A stretch of 64,000 nt of DNA from an uncultured Candidatus Saccharibacteria bacterium (lineage in GTDB: Bacteria; Patescibacteriota; Doudnabacteria; UBA920). Made by a program: the position numbers and the translations under genes. Shown here piece by piece: positions 28,971 to 38,232 of this stretch (positions are counted from its first letter, which is position 1; every line of letters begins with the position of its first letter). The stretch lies in contig CAZQZS010000002.1 of assembly GCA_964597895.1 (NCBI GenBank), forward strand, positions 68,019-132,018. The letters run 5' to 3'. The notes under the pieces were generated by a model. It ran no database searches and was not told where the DNA came from. It saw only the letters and a list, made by a program, of their open reading frames with translations.

Positions 28971-29639
28971 ATGAAGAAACTTATCGTTTTAGTAATCATA
29001 TTTGCAAGTACATTATTCGGTTCGCCAGCCGTTAGTTTTGCGGCAACTGGAGCCCCAGCGGTAACACAAAGCGGGGAAGCTGTTGATGCCAGCCAATCTG
29101 AAACAAGCGAAGCAGTCAAAGATGAGCATGCCGAAGAAGTTGACCCAGGCGTCGTGGGCATGTTTGGCATCAACTGGAAGCTGTTCTTGGCCCAATTAAT
29201 TAACTTCGGAATCGTTTTGTTTGTGCTCTGGAAATGGGTCTGGAAGCCAGTAACCAGTAATATGGAAGATCGTACCCGCAAAATAGAAGAGTCTTTGGCA
29301 AATGCGGACCAGATCACGAAGGAAAAGGAAGAATTCACGGTCTGGAAGGAAACCGAAATGAGCAAGGCTCGCCAGGAGGCGACCGCCATCATCTCGGAAG
29401 CCAAAACCCAGGCTGAAGCGCTAAAAATCGAAACGTTAGAAAAGACCAAACAAGAACAACAAACCATACTGGAGCGGTCTGCCCGCGAGTTAGAACAGCA
29501 AAAGCAGCAAGCTATCTCATCTGCTAAATCTGAATTGGCAGAATTAGTCATCAGCGCAGCAGAAAAACTTATCCGCAACAAAGTTGATAAGAAGGCTGAC
29601 CAAAAGTTGATTAGCCAAGCAGTGAAGGAGCTGGAATAA
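28971..29639 (+). CDS. atpF: F0F1 ATP synthase subunit b, possibly with an N-terminal signal-peptide-like extension
   Basis: The b-subunit core starts at MFGINWKLFLAQLINFGIVLFVLWKWVWKP (internal ATG at 29160), followed by a long coiled coil. The upstream 63 aa look like signal peptide plus acidic linker. Start site is ambiguous. Confidence 0.82.
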   Translation: MKKLIVLVIIFASTLFGSPAVSFAATGAPAVTQSGEAVDASQSETSEAVKDEHAEEVDPGVVGMFGINWKLFLAQLINFGIVLFVLWKWVWKPVTSNMEDRTRKIEESLANADQITKEKEEFTVWKETEMSKARQEATAIISEAKTQAEALKIETLEKTKQEQQTILERSARELEQQKQQAISSAKSELAELVISAAEKLIRNKVDKKADQKLISQAVKELE

Positions 29640-30031
29640 TGAAGTACACTGCCAAACAATATGCGCAAGCTCTTGTAGAAGTTTTAGAAACAGCTCACCC
29701 AAACTCACAAGATAAAGTCATTGATAACTTCATTCAAGTTTTAAAAGATAATGGAGACTTAGCTGCCTACGAAAAGATTGTGAATGAATACGAAAAAATC
29801 ATTGATGTAAAAAGCAAGACCAGCCAAGTGGAAGTTAGCACTGCAACAGGCGCAGCAATTGCACCATCAATTCTCAAAGAACTTAACGAATTCACCAAGG
29901 AAAAAATAGAAGTCACCGAAAAGACTGATGAGGAAATTATCGGCGGCGTAGTCATCAGGGTGGACGACACGCTGATTGATGCAAGCCTCAAGACCCAGCT
30001 TAATAACCTAGAAGACACACTAAAAGACTAA
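29639..30031 (+). CDS. atpH: F0F1 ATP synthase subunit delta (compact, 130 aa)
   Basis: N-terminal YAQALVEV... and C-terminal [23 protein letters not shown] match OSCP/delta termini. Shorter than the usual ~180 aa. Confidence 0.78.
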   Translation: MKYTAKQYAQALVEVLETAHPNSQDKVIDNFIQVLKDNGDLAAYEKIVNEYEKIIDVKSKTSQVEVSTATGAAIAPSILKELNEFTKEKIEVTEKTDEEIIGGVVIRVDDTLIDASLKTQLNNLEDTLKD

Positions 30032-30032
30032 T

Positions 30033-31532
30033 ATGAAGACAGATATAATTATCCAAAAACTGAGGGACCAGATTGAAGGCTTTAACCCTAAAGCCGAAGT
30101 TAGCCATGTCGGCACAGTAACCGAAATAGGGGATGGTATTGCAAAAATTAACGGTTTATCCGAAGTGAAAGCCATGGAAATGCTTGATTTCGGCAACGGC
30201 ACTTTCGGGGTAGCACTCAACCTAGAAGAACGCAGCGTTGGTGCGATTATTTTAGGAGCGTTTGAGCATATTAAGCAAGGCGACACGGTAAAGGCTACTG
30301 GCAAAATTTTGTCCGTGCCAGTTGGCGACGCCTTAATCGGGCGTGTCGTTAACGCGCTTGGTGAAGCTAAAGACGGCAAAGGTCCAATCTCAGAAAGCGC
30401 ATTTTATCCTGTGGAAAAAATCGCCCCTGGTGTAATCACCAGACAATCCGTGCACCAGCCAGTCCAGACCGGCATCAAAGCTATTGACGCTTTAATCCCT
30501 GTGGGCCGCGGCCAGCGCGAACTTATCATTGGCGACCGCCAAACCGGTAAAACCGCCGTTGCGATTGACACTATTATCAATCAGAAAGGCCAGAACATGA
30601 TTTGTGTTTACGTGGCTGTAGGACAAAAGGAGAGTAAAGTGGCAAAGATTGTAGCTGAACTGGAACAGCGCGGCGCCATGGACTACACCATTGTAGTTTC
30701 TGCCGGAGCCAGTGAACCAGCATCGCTGTCTTTTATTGCGCCATACTCAGGCACAGCTATGGCTGAATACTTTATGGACCAAGGCAAAGACGTGTTGATT
30801 GTTTACGACGATCTTTCCAAGCAAGCGGTTGCTTACCGCGAAATTTCACTATTGCTCCGCCGTCCACCAGGTCGTGAAGCTTATCCAGGTGATGTATTCT
30901 ACTTGCACTCTCGCTTACTAGAACGCGCAGCTAAACTCAACAAAGATTTTGGCGGCGGTTCAATTACTGCATTACCGATTATTGAAACTCAAGCTGGTGA
31001 TATTTCTGCTTACATTCCTACCAACGTGATTTCTATTACTGATGGACAAATCTTCCTGGAAAGCGACTTGTTCTATAAAGGTGTTCGTCCTGCCGTTAAC
31101 GTAGGTACTTCCGTATCCCGAGTAGGTGGTTCAGCCCAAACCAAAGCCATGAAGAAAGTGGCTGGTAAGTTAAAACTTTCGTTAGCACAGTTTCGCGAAT
31201 TGGAAGCGTTCGCTCAATTCGGCTCCGACCTTGATGAAGCCACCCGCCAACAGCTCGAGCTGGGCCGCCGACTAACCGAGCTTCTTAAGCAGCCGCAGTA
31301 CTCACCAGTGGCCATGGAAAAGCAAGTGGTAGCTCTATACGCAGTTAATAACGGTTATATGGATGATGTAGCAGTAGAACGAGTGGGAGAATTTGAATCT
31401 GCACTGTATGAATACATGGAAACCCAAGGAAGTGAAACTTTGAACGCCCTCCGCGACGAAAAAGAAATCACTGAAGATATCGAAGCTAAATTAAAAGCCT
31501 CACTCGAAAAATTCAAGCAAGGCTGGAAGTAA
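30033..31532 (+). CDS. atpA: F0F1 ATP synthase subunit alpha
   Basis: 499 aa. P-loop GDRQTGKTA. Very conserved across the whole length. Confidence 0.97.
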   Translation: MKTDIIIQKLRDQIEGFNPKAEVSHVGTVTEIGDGIAKINGLSEVKAMEMLDFGNGTFGVALNLEERSVGAIILGAFEHIKQGDTVKATGKILSVPVGDALIGRVVNALGEAKDGKGPISESAFYPVEKIAPGVITRQSVHQPVQTGIKAIDALIPVGRGQRELIIGDRQTGKTAVAIDTIINQKGQNMICVYVAVGQKESKVAKIVAELEQRGAMDYTIVVSAGASEPASLSFIAPYSGTAMAEYFMDQGKDVLIVYDDLSKQAVAYREISLLLRRPPGREAYPGDVFYLHSRLLERAAKLNKDFGGGSITALPIIETQAGDISAYIPTNVISITDGQIFLESDLFYKGVRPAVNVGTSVSRVGGSAQTKAMKKVAGKLKLSLAQFRELEAFAQFGSDLDEATRQQLELGRRLTELLKQPQYSPVAMEKQVVALYAVNNGYMDDVAVERVGEFESALYEYMETQGSETLNALRDEKEITEDIEAKLKASLEKFKQGWK

Positions 31533-31543
31533 CTTCCTAAGAT

Positions 31544-31753
31544 TTATTTGCCAGTCGCCCTAAGATAGTCTCCGGCCGTATCGAAGAAAATGCAGAGAAA
31601 GGCGAATACTACCATCAACGCCAACTGGCGAGCATAGCGGTCATAGCTAGCATCTGTCAGCGCGACGTAGACTGTTCCTGATATGATTGCTAAGAGCCCC
31701 AGAAAACTCAAAACAGCAATCACTAAAAAGAGAACTCCAATCAGATATTTCAT
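31544..31753 (-). CDS. small two-TM membrane protein encoded antisense to the atp operon, in the atpA-atpG gap
   Basis: 69 aa (MKYLIGVLFLVIAVLSFLGLLAIISGTVYVALTD...QLALMVVFAFLCIFFDTAGDYLRATGK). Strong SD GGAGGGG 5 nt upstream of the ATG on the minus strand. The track's longer 104-aa version overlaps the atpG start. Confidence 0.5.
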   Translation of the reverse strand: MKYLIGVLFLVIAVLSFLGLLAIISGTVYVALTDASYDRYARQLALMVVFAFLCIFFDTAGDYLRATGK

Positions 31754-31787
31754 AACCCCTCCAAAAATAAGTTCTAAAATCAGCGTA

Positions 31788-31816
31788 ATTTTACAATAAA
31801 TTAGCAAATCTGTCAA
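31788..31816 (-). promoter_or_regulatory. near-consensus minus-strand promoter (TTGACA-17-TAAAAT) driving the antisense small membrane protein gene
   Basis: On the minus strand: TTGACA at 31816-31811, 17-nt spacer, TAAAAT at 31793-31788. About 35 nt upstream of the GGAGGGG-ATG. Confidence 0.45.
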
Positions 31817-31818
31817 CA

Positions 31819-34078
<2,260 letters not shown>

Positions 34079-34079
<1 letters not shown>

Positions 34080-34534
34080 TGGCAAAACTGCACTTAAAAC
34101 TTATCACCCCTGAGCGAACTGTTATTTCTGAAGCAGTAGCAAGTTTAACCTGTCCGACCGAGCAAGGCCAAATTACGGTTCTGCCTGGACACGCGCCTCT
34201 AGTAGCTAACCTAGTCTCCGGCGAAATGATTGCCAAAAATGGCGGGGCAGATAGCTACCTGCATGTAGCAGGCGGCTTTATTGAAGTGCGCCGTAATAAT
34301 GAAGTAGTAATCCTGGCCGATGCAGCCGAGCACCATTTTGAAATAGACATTGCTAGGGCCGAAGAAGCAAAGCGCCAGGCCGAGGAAATTCTGAAGCAAC
34401 AGCATTTAGCAGATGAAGAGTATGCTACAGCTGCCTGGTTAATCCAGAAAAATTTATCGCGGATAGCGATTGCCCGAAAGCACTCACACCGCCGCACCCG
34501 CAGCATTACTAGCGAAGGCGTGTTTAAAGAATAA
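34079..34534 (+). CDS. atpC: F0F1 ATP synthase subunit epsilon
   Basis: 151 aa. N-terminal beta-sandwich pattern LKLITPERTVISEAVASLTCPTEQGQITVLPGHAPLVANL. ATGG overlap with atpD. Confidence 0.85.
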
Positions 34535-34538
34535 TTTT

Positions 34539-34565
34539 ATCCCTGCACGCGCAGGGATTTTTTTA
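34539..34565 (+). terminator. rho-independent terminator closing the atp operon
   Basis: ATCCCTGCACGCGCAGGGAT perfect palindrome followed by TTTTTTT. Confidence 0.75.
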
Positions 34566-35263
34566 TGAACACAATTACAGTCCAAAAAAGTTTCTTTACA
34601 CCAAAAAATAATTATCAACGCAAAGTAATTGCGCTGTACGATTTGCTTGTGGAAAACTTTTCACAAACTTTTTTTGTTGGAGGAAGTGTTCGTAACTTAA
34701 TTTGGCAGACAACAGTAACAGATTTTGACATCGCAACAGCGGCAACCCCAAAACAGATAATTAAACTGTTGGCTACAGCTGGCTACCAAGTAGATGTTTC
34801 AGCCGTTCGACTAGGAGTGCTGTCTGTAATAATTGACCACAAGCCCGTCCAGCTTGCAACCTTCCGAACTGAAGTATATTCCGGATCGCGCTTCCCTAAA
34901 ATTAGATTTTCAAAGAGTATGCTAAGGGATGCCAAAAGACGTGATTTTACTATAAATACGCTGTATTTTAACCCAAAAACCAAAAAAATATCCGACCCGT
35001 TAAATTCGTTTAAGGATGTGACAGATAAGCTACTGTGCTCGGTAGGAAATCCAAGGACTAAGTTTAAAGAGGACCCTCTAAGAATAGTTCGTGCTTGGCG
35101 TTTTGCCAAAACCTACCGCCTCGCAATTGAACCCGCAACTTACGAAGCTATGGTTGAATTACATCAACTGGTAAACAGACTCAGCGAGACAAGAATCAAA
35201 CAAGAAATTAATTTGTGTGCGTCGCAAAATGTAAAAAAATTTTTGTTAAAAAAGTTTGCATAA
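34565..35263 (+). CDS. minimal tRNA nucleotidyltransferase / poly(A) polymerase head-domain protein (class II nucleotidyltransferase)
   Basis: 232 aa. GGSVRNLI...DFDIAT matches the GGxVRD...DxD polymerase-beta-type head motif of CCA-adding enzymes. No HD domain. Confidence 0.6.
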   Translation: MNTITVQKSFFTPKNNYQRKVIALYDLLVENFSQTFFVGGSVRNLIWQTTVTDFDIATAATPKQIIKLLATAGYQVDVSAVRLGVLSVIIDHKPVQLATFRTEVYSGSRFPKIRFSKSMLRDAKRRDFTINTLYFNPKTKKISDPLNSFKDVTDKLLCSVGNPRTKFKEDPLRIVRAWRFAKTYRLAIEPATYEAMVELHQLVNRLSETRIKQEINLCASQNVKKFLLKKFA

Positions 35264-35266
35264 CTC

Positions 35267-35295
35267 TTGATTTCTTTTTCTAAATTACCTATAAT
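35267..35295 (+). promoter_or_regulatory. sigma-70-like promoter (TTGATT-17-TATAAT) for the small basic protein gene
   Basis: TTGATT 35267-35272, 17-nt spacer, TATAAT 35290-35295. Followed by a ~150-nt leader with two perfect 9-bp hairpins. Confidence 0.45.
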
Positions 35296-35450
35296 GTCAT
35301 TAGCAAAAGTTAGTTAATCAAGAAACGAAAATAAATCAGAAAAACAGAAACGAGTAACCATTCATTGCTACTAACCTTAAAGCGGTCGCTTTAAGTAGTA
35401 GAAAATTAAGAAGTCATCTGTGTGGATGACTTCAGGGAGACTAGCCACCC

Positions 35451-35588
35451 ATGGCAGTAAAAAAGAGAAAAGCAGCTAAGAAGACTGCTCGCAAGGCAGC
35501 TAAGAAGACTGCAAAGCGCCGCACAGCTAAGAAAGCTGCAAAGCGCCCTGCAAAAAAGCGTAAGGCTGCTAAGAAGCGCCGCCGTTAA
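35451..35588 (+). CDS. 45-aa Lys/Ala/Arg-rich basic protein (histone H1-like / AKKA-repeat nucleoid-associated-like), absent from the ORF track
   Basis: Hand translation: MAVKKRKAAKKTARKAAKKTAKRRTAKKAAKRPAKKRKAAKKRRR. SD AGGGAGA upstream, own promoter and a downstream hairpin. The long minus-strand ORF 35406..35747 is its mirror image. Confidence 0.55.
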   Translation: MAVKKRKAAKKTARKAAKKTAKRRTAKKAAKRPAKKRKAAKKRRR

Positions 35589-35611
35589 TCGGATAGGACT
35601 TCTAGTCACAT

Positions 35612-35650
35612 AACCGCCCGTTCGCCACCTAGTGGCCGGGCGGTTTGTGT
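35612..35650 (+). terminator. hairpin terminator after the small basic protein gene
   Basis: AACCGCCCG...CGGGCGGTT 9-bp stem (nested inner GCCAC/GTGGC hairpin) followed by TTTGTGT. Confidence 0.5.
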
Positions 35651-35665
35651 ATCCCAAAAAGGGGT

Positions 35666-35693
35666 TGCAAAAAAACGAAAAATACCTTATAAT
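35666..35693 (+). promoter_or_regulatory. sigma-70-like promoter of the tRNA cluster (TTGCAA-16-TATAAT)
   Basis: TTGCAA 35666-35671, TATAAT 35688-35693. tRNA-fMet starts 19 nt downstream. Confidence 0.4.
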
Positions 35694-35711
35694 GCCCAAG
35701 TATCTCAACGA

Positions 35712-35787
35712 CGCGGGGTAGAGCAATTGGCAGCTCGCAAGGCTCATAACCTTGAGGTTGTGGGTTCGAATCCCACCCCCGCAACCA
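35712..35787 (+). tRNA. initiator tRNA-fMet (anticodon CAT)
   Basis: Acceptor CGCGGGG...CCCCGCAACCA with the C1xA72 mismatch diagnostic of bacterial initiator tRNA. Anticodon loop CTCATAA, T-loop TTCGAAT, encoded CCA. Confidence 0.9.
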
Positions 35788-35815
35788 ATCGTAAATCTGG
35801 CTTTAATTGAAACGT

Positions 35816-35892
35816 GCCGGCGTAGCTCAGTTGGTTAGAGCGAAGGACTCATAAGCCTTAGGTCGCTGGTTCAATTCCAGCCGCCGGTACCA
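35816..35892 (+). tRNA. tRNA with CAT anticodon: elongator Met or lysidine-modified Ile2
   Basis: Acceptor GCCGGCG/CGCCGGT, D-arm GCTCAGTTGGTTAGAGC, anticodon loop CTCATAA, T-arm GGTCGCTGGTTCAATTCCAGC (resembles E. coli tRNA-Ile2), encoded CCA. Identity cannot be fixed from sequence alone. Confidence 0.85.
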
Positions 35893-36128
35893 CGGGTCAA
35901 TCACTCCTTCAGCTTTCGCATCCACGCTTCGCGTGTTTGCTCCAGCTTACGGAGATGTTGCCCCTTTACCAAAATCGCTTAACCTCTCCGCCATTCGGCG
36001 GATCGGCCCAAGCAATTTTGGTAATAATAATAGTGGCCGAAGGCCACAGTAAACTTTAGTAAGCGAGCATCTGGCTTTGCCAGTGCGAGCGAGGAGCAGG
36101 GCGGCTTGCCGCATCTGCGACCAATCAT

Positions 36129-36362
36129 GGACCGGTAGCTCAGTTGGCCAGTCGCGAAGCGACAAAAGACATAGACACTGTCTTGGTCAATGAGACAGTC
36201 CAAACTCGAATTCACTTCGAGGGGTTAGCAAATTAAATATCACATGGACCGGTAGCTCAGTTGGCCAGTCGCGAAGCGACAAAAGACATAGACACTGTCT
36301 TGGTCAATGAGACAGTCCAAACTCGAATTCACTTCGAGGGGTTAGCAAATTAAATATCACAT
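36129..36362 (+). repeat. two identical 117-bp tandem direct repeats, each beginning with the 5' 19 nt of tRNA-Asp (GGACCGGTAGCTCAGTTGG)
   Basis: Units at 36129-36245 and 36246-36362 are identical base for base. The next unit (36363) is the intact tRNA-Asp. Each unit contains internal hairpins (GTCGCGAAGCGAC; AGACACTGTCT / GAGACAGTC; CTCGAATTCACTTCGAG). Confidence 0.85.
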
Positions 36363-36439
36363 GGACCGGTAGCTCAGTTGGTTAGAGCGCTGCCCTGTCA
36401 CGGCAGAGGCCGCGGGTTCGAGTCCCGTCCGGTCCGCCA
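36363..36439 (+). tRNA. tRNA-Asp (anticodon GTC)
   Basis: Acceptor GGACCGG/CCGGTCC, anticodon loop CTGTCAC, T-loop TTCGAGT, discriminator G, encoded CCA. Confidence 0.9.
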
Positions 36440-36451
36440 TGTATCAATGAA

Positions 36452-36481
36452 AACAGACTGTTCTAGAGCAGTCTGTTTTTC
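36452..36481 (+). terminator. rho-independent terminator after tRNA-Asp
   Basis: AACAGACTG-TTCTAGAG-CAGTCTGTT followed by TTTTT. A near-copy of this hairpin recurs at 36570-36599. Confidence 0.7.
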
Positions 36482-36644
36482 ATAACATATCCACAACAAA
36501 GCTCTTGCCGAGCAGTTTCGGCATTTGATAATATAGAGAAGTCCTCAAGGACAAGAATTGTATATTCCAAAGCAGACTTTCTAGAGGAGTCTGCTTTTGG
36601 TTTTAAAAGGTGTCTGCTAGTCCTAATTCTGATATAATCTACCT

Positions 36645-37676
36645 ATGGAAAATGCCTTATTTATAACCAGTGGTGTGCTGTTTGTTGCCGTGCTAGTACT
36701 AATATATTTTGTAATACAAGTAAAAAAACAAACCGCCGACAATGGCCAATCAGAGCGCGAAAGACTCATGATGGAGTGGATGCGCGAGCTCAAATCAGAG
36801 ATGAAGGAAGATCGCGAACTAACCCAGCAAAACATTCACGAAACCAATAAGCAAATCAATGACCGCCTAACAGAAGCGGCGCGAGTTATCGGCGGACTGC
36901 AAGGTAAGCTAGGTGAGATGAGTCAAATCGGGCCTGATATTCGACGCTTATCCGAAACTTTGTCTTCCTCAAAACTGCGCGGGAACTTTGGCGAAGAAAT
37001 GCTAGAAAACATGCTCTCTCAAATCTTACCGAAAGGCAGTTACGCCATGCAGTACCGCTTCAAGAACGGAGAGACTGTTGATGCCATCGTTAAAGTCGGC
37101 GAAACCATCCTCTCTATAGATAGCAAATTCAGTTTAGAAAACTTCCGATTGTATAAAGAGGCGCAAGACGAGAAGCTGTCCAACGATTATCAAAAAGCTT
37201 TTTTCAAAGATGTGAAGAAGCGAATTGATGAAATTCATAAAAAGTATATTTTACCATCAGAAAACACTTTTGATTTTGCGCTAATGTATGTGCCAAGCCA
37301 GGGTATTTACGAAGAAATTATTATCAATGACGATTTAACAGAGTATTACCGTGGCAAACGTGTAATCCCAGTTGGGCCTAACAGTTTGTATACTTACTTA
37401 CAAAGCATTGTGTTATCGCTCCGCGGCCAACAAATTAATAAGATCGCGCATGAGATTCTAAAAATGGTCACTGGTATAAAGCAAGAAAGTGATAAGTTTG
37501 CTTCCACTCTCAATGTGCTCGGCAATCACGTTAAGAATACTTATAACACAATGGGTACTGTTTCTACTGATTTTGATAAACTCCGAGGAAAAATTTCTAT
37601 CGCCGCCGAACTTCAGGCCGAAGAAACCGAAGTAATCAAAGATCAAACAAAAGATACTAATAAATTAATTGAATAA
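36645..37676 (+). CDS. rmuC: DNA recombination protein RmuC family
   Basis: 343 aa. N-terminal TM, coiled coil, then the RmuC C-terminal domain pattern (...ILSIDSKFSLENF...KAFFKDVKKRIDEIHKKYILPSENTFDFALMYVPSQGIYEEI). Confidence 0.8.
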   Translation: MENALFITSGVLFVAVLVLIYFVIQVKKQTADNGQSERERLMMEWMRELKSEMKEDRELTQQNIHETNKQINDRLTEAARVIGGLQGKLGEMSQIGPDIRRLSETLSSSKLRGNFGEEMLENMLSQILPKGSYAMQYRFKNGETVDAIVKVGETILSIDSKFSLENFRLYKEAQDEKLSNDYQKAFFKDVKKRIDEIHKKYILPSENTFDFALMYVPSQGIYEEIIINDDLTEYYRGKRVIPVGPNSLYTYLQSIVLSLRGQQINKIAHEILKMVTGIKQESDKFASTLNVLGNHVKNTYNTMGTVSTDFDKLRGKISIAAELQAEETEVIKDQTKDTNKLIE

Positions 37677-38232
37677 TATGAGTATACGAAATCCGGACCA
37701 GCGCATTGGCGTATTCGTAGACGTGCAAAACCTCTACTACAGCGCACGCAATATTTACAAAGCCCGCATAAATTTTAATGCGGTATTAGATGCAGCCGTT
37801 GGTGGTCGTAAACTCATCCGCGCCATTGCTTATGTTGTTAAAGCAGACATGCCAGAAGAGCAAAACTTCTTTGAAGCTTTAGAAAAGGCTGGTTTTGAAG
37901 TTAAGATCAAAGATCTTCAAACCTTCGCTGGTGGTGCTCAAAAAGGGGACTGGGATGTAGGAATTGCTATGGATATCATTAAAATGATGAACAAACTTGA
38001 TGTGGTAGTTCTCGCATCAGGCGACGGCGACTTTGCGCCACTTTTAGAATATCTCCAAATGACCGGTCAGCTCACCGAGACCATTGCTTTTGGCAAATCA
38101 ACCAGTAGCAAAATTAAAGAGCTCACCGATCACTTTATTGATATAGACGAATCACCTCGTACATTCATGCGCCCGATTCGCAGCGGCAAAGCAGGTTCTC
38201 GCAGCGCATCCAGAAGCACAAGCAGAAAATAA
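37669..38232 (+). CDS. NYN-domain (LabA-like) putative ribonuclease
   Basis: IGVFVDVQNLYYSARN...RAIAYVV...GDWDVGIAMDII......VVLASGDGDFAPLLEYLQ is the LabA/NYN acidic-residue pattern. Overlaps the rmuC stop by 8 nt. Confidence 0.78.
   Translation: MNNMSIRNPDQRIGVFVDVQNLYYSARNIYKARINFNAVLDAAVGGRKLIRAIAYVVKADMPEEQNFFEALEKAGFEVKIKDLQTFAGGAQKGDWDVGIAMDIIKMMNKLDVVVLASGDGDFAPLLEYLQMTGQLTETIAFGKSTSSKIKELTDHFIDIDESPRTFMRPIRSGKAGSRSASRSTSRK

Noticed and set aside
35406-35747. 113-aa minus-strand ORF in the six-frame track
   Set aside because: It overlaps the Lys/Ala-rich 45-aa plus-strand ORF, which has a promoter, SD and terminator. The minus-strand product (Cys/Leu/Ser-rich, low complexity) is the typical mirror artefact of a repetitive AAG/GCT-rich coding sequence.
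35816-35892. Selenocysteine tRNA (anticodon TCA) reading of the second CAT tRNA
   Set aside because: That register would violate the conserved U33/purine-37 positions. The CTCATAA register with U33 and A37 gives anticodon CAT, so this is Met or Ile2.
36129-36362. Possible CRISPR array or tRNA intron
   Set aside because: Only two identical 117-bp units with no alternating unique spacers, and the unit is far longer than CRISPR repeats. The units lack the 3' half of a tRNA, so they are not intron-containing tRNA genes.
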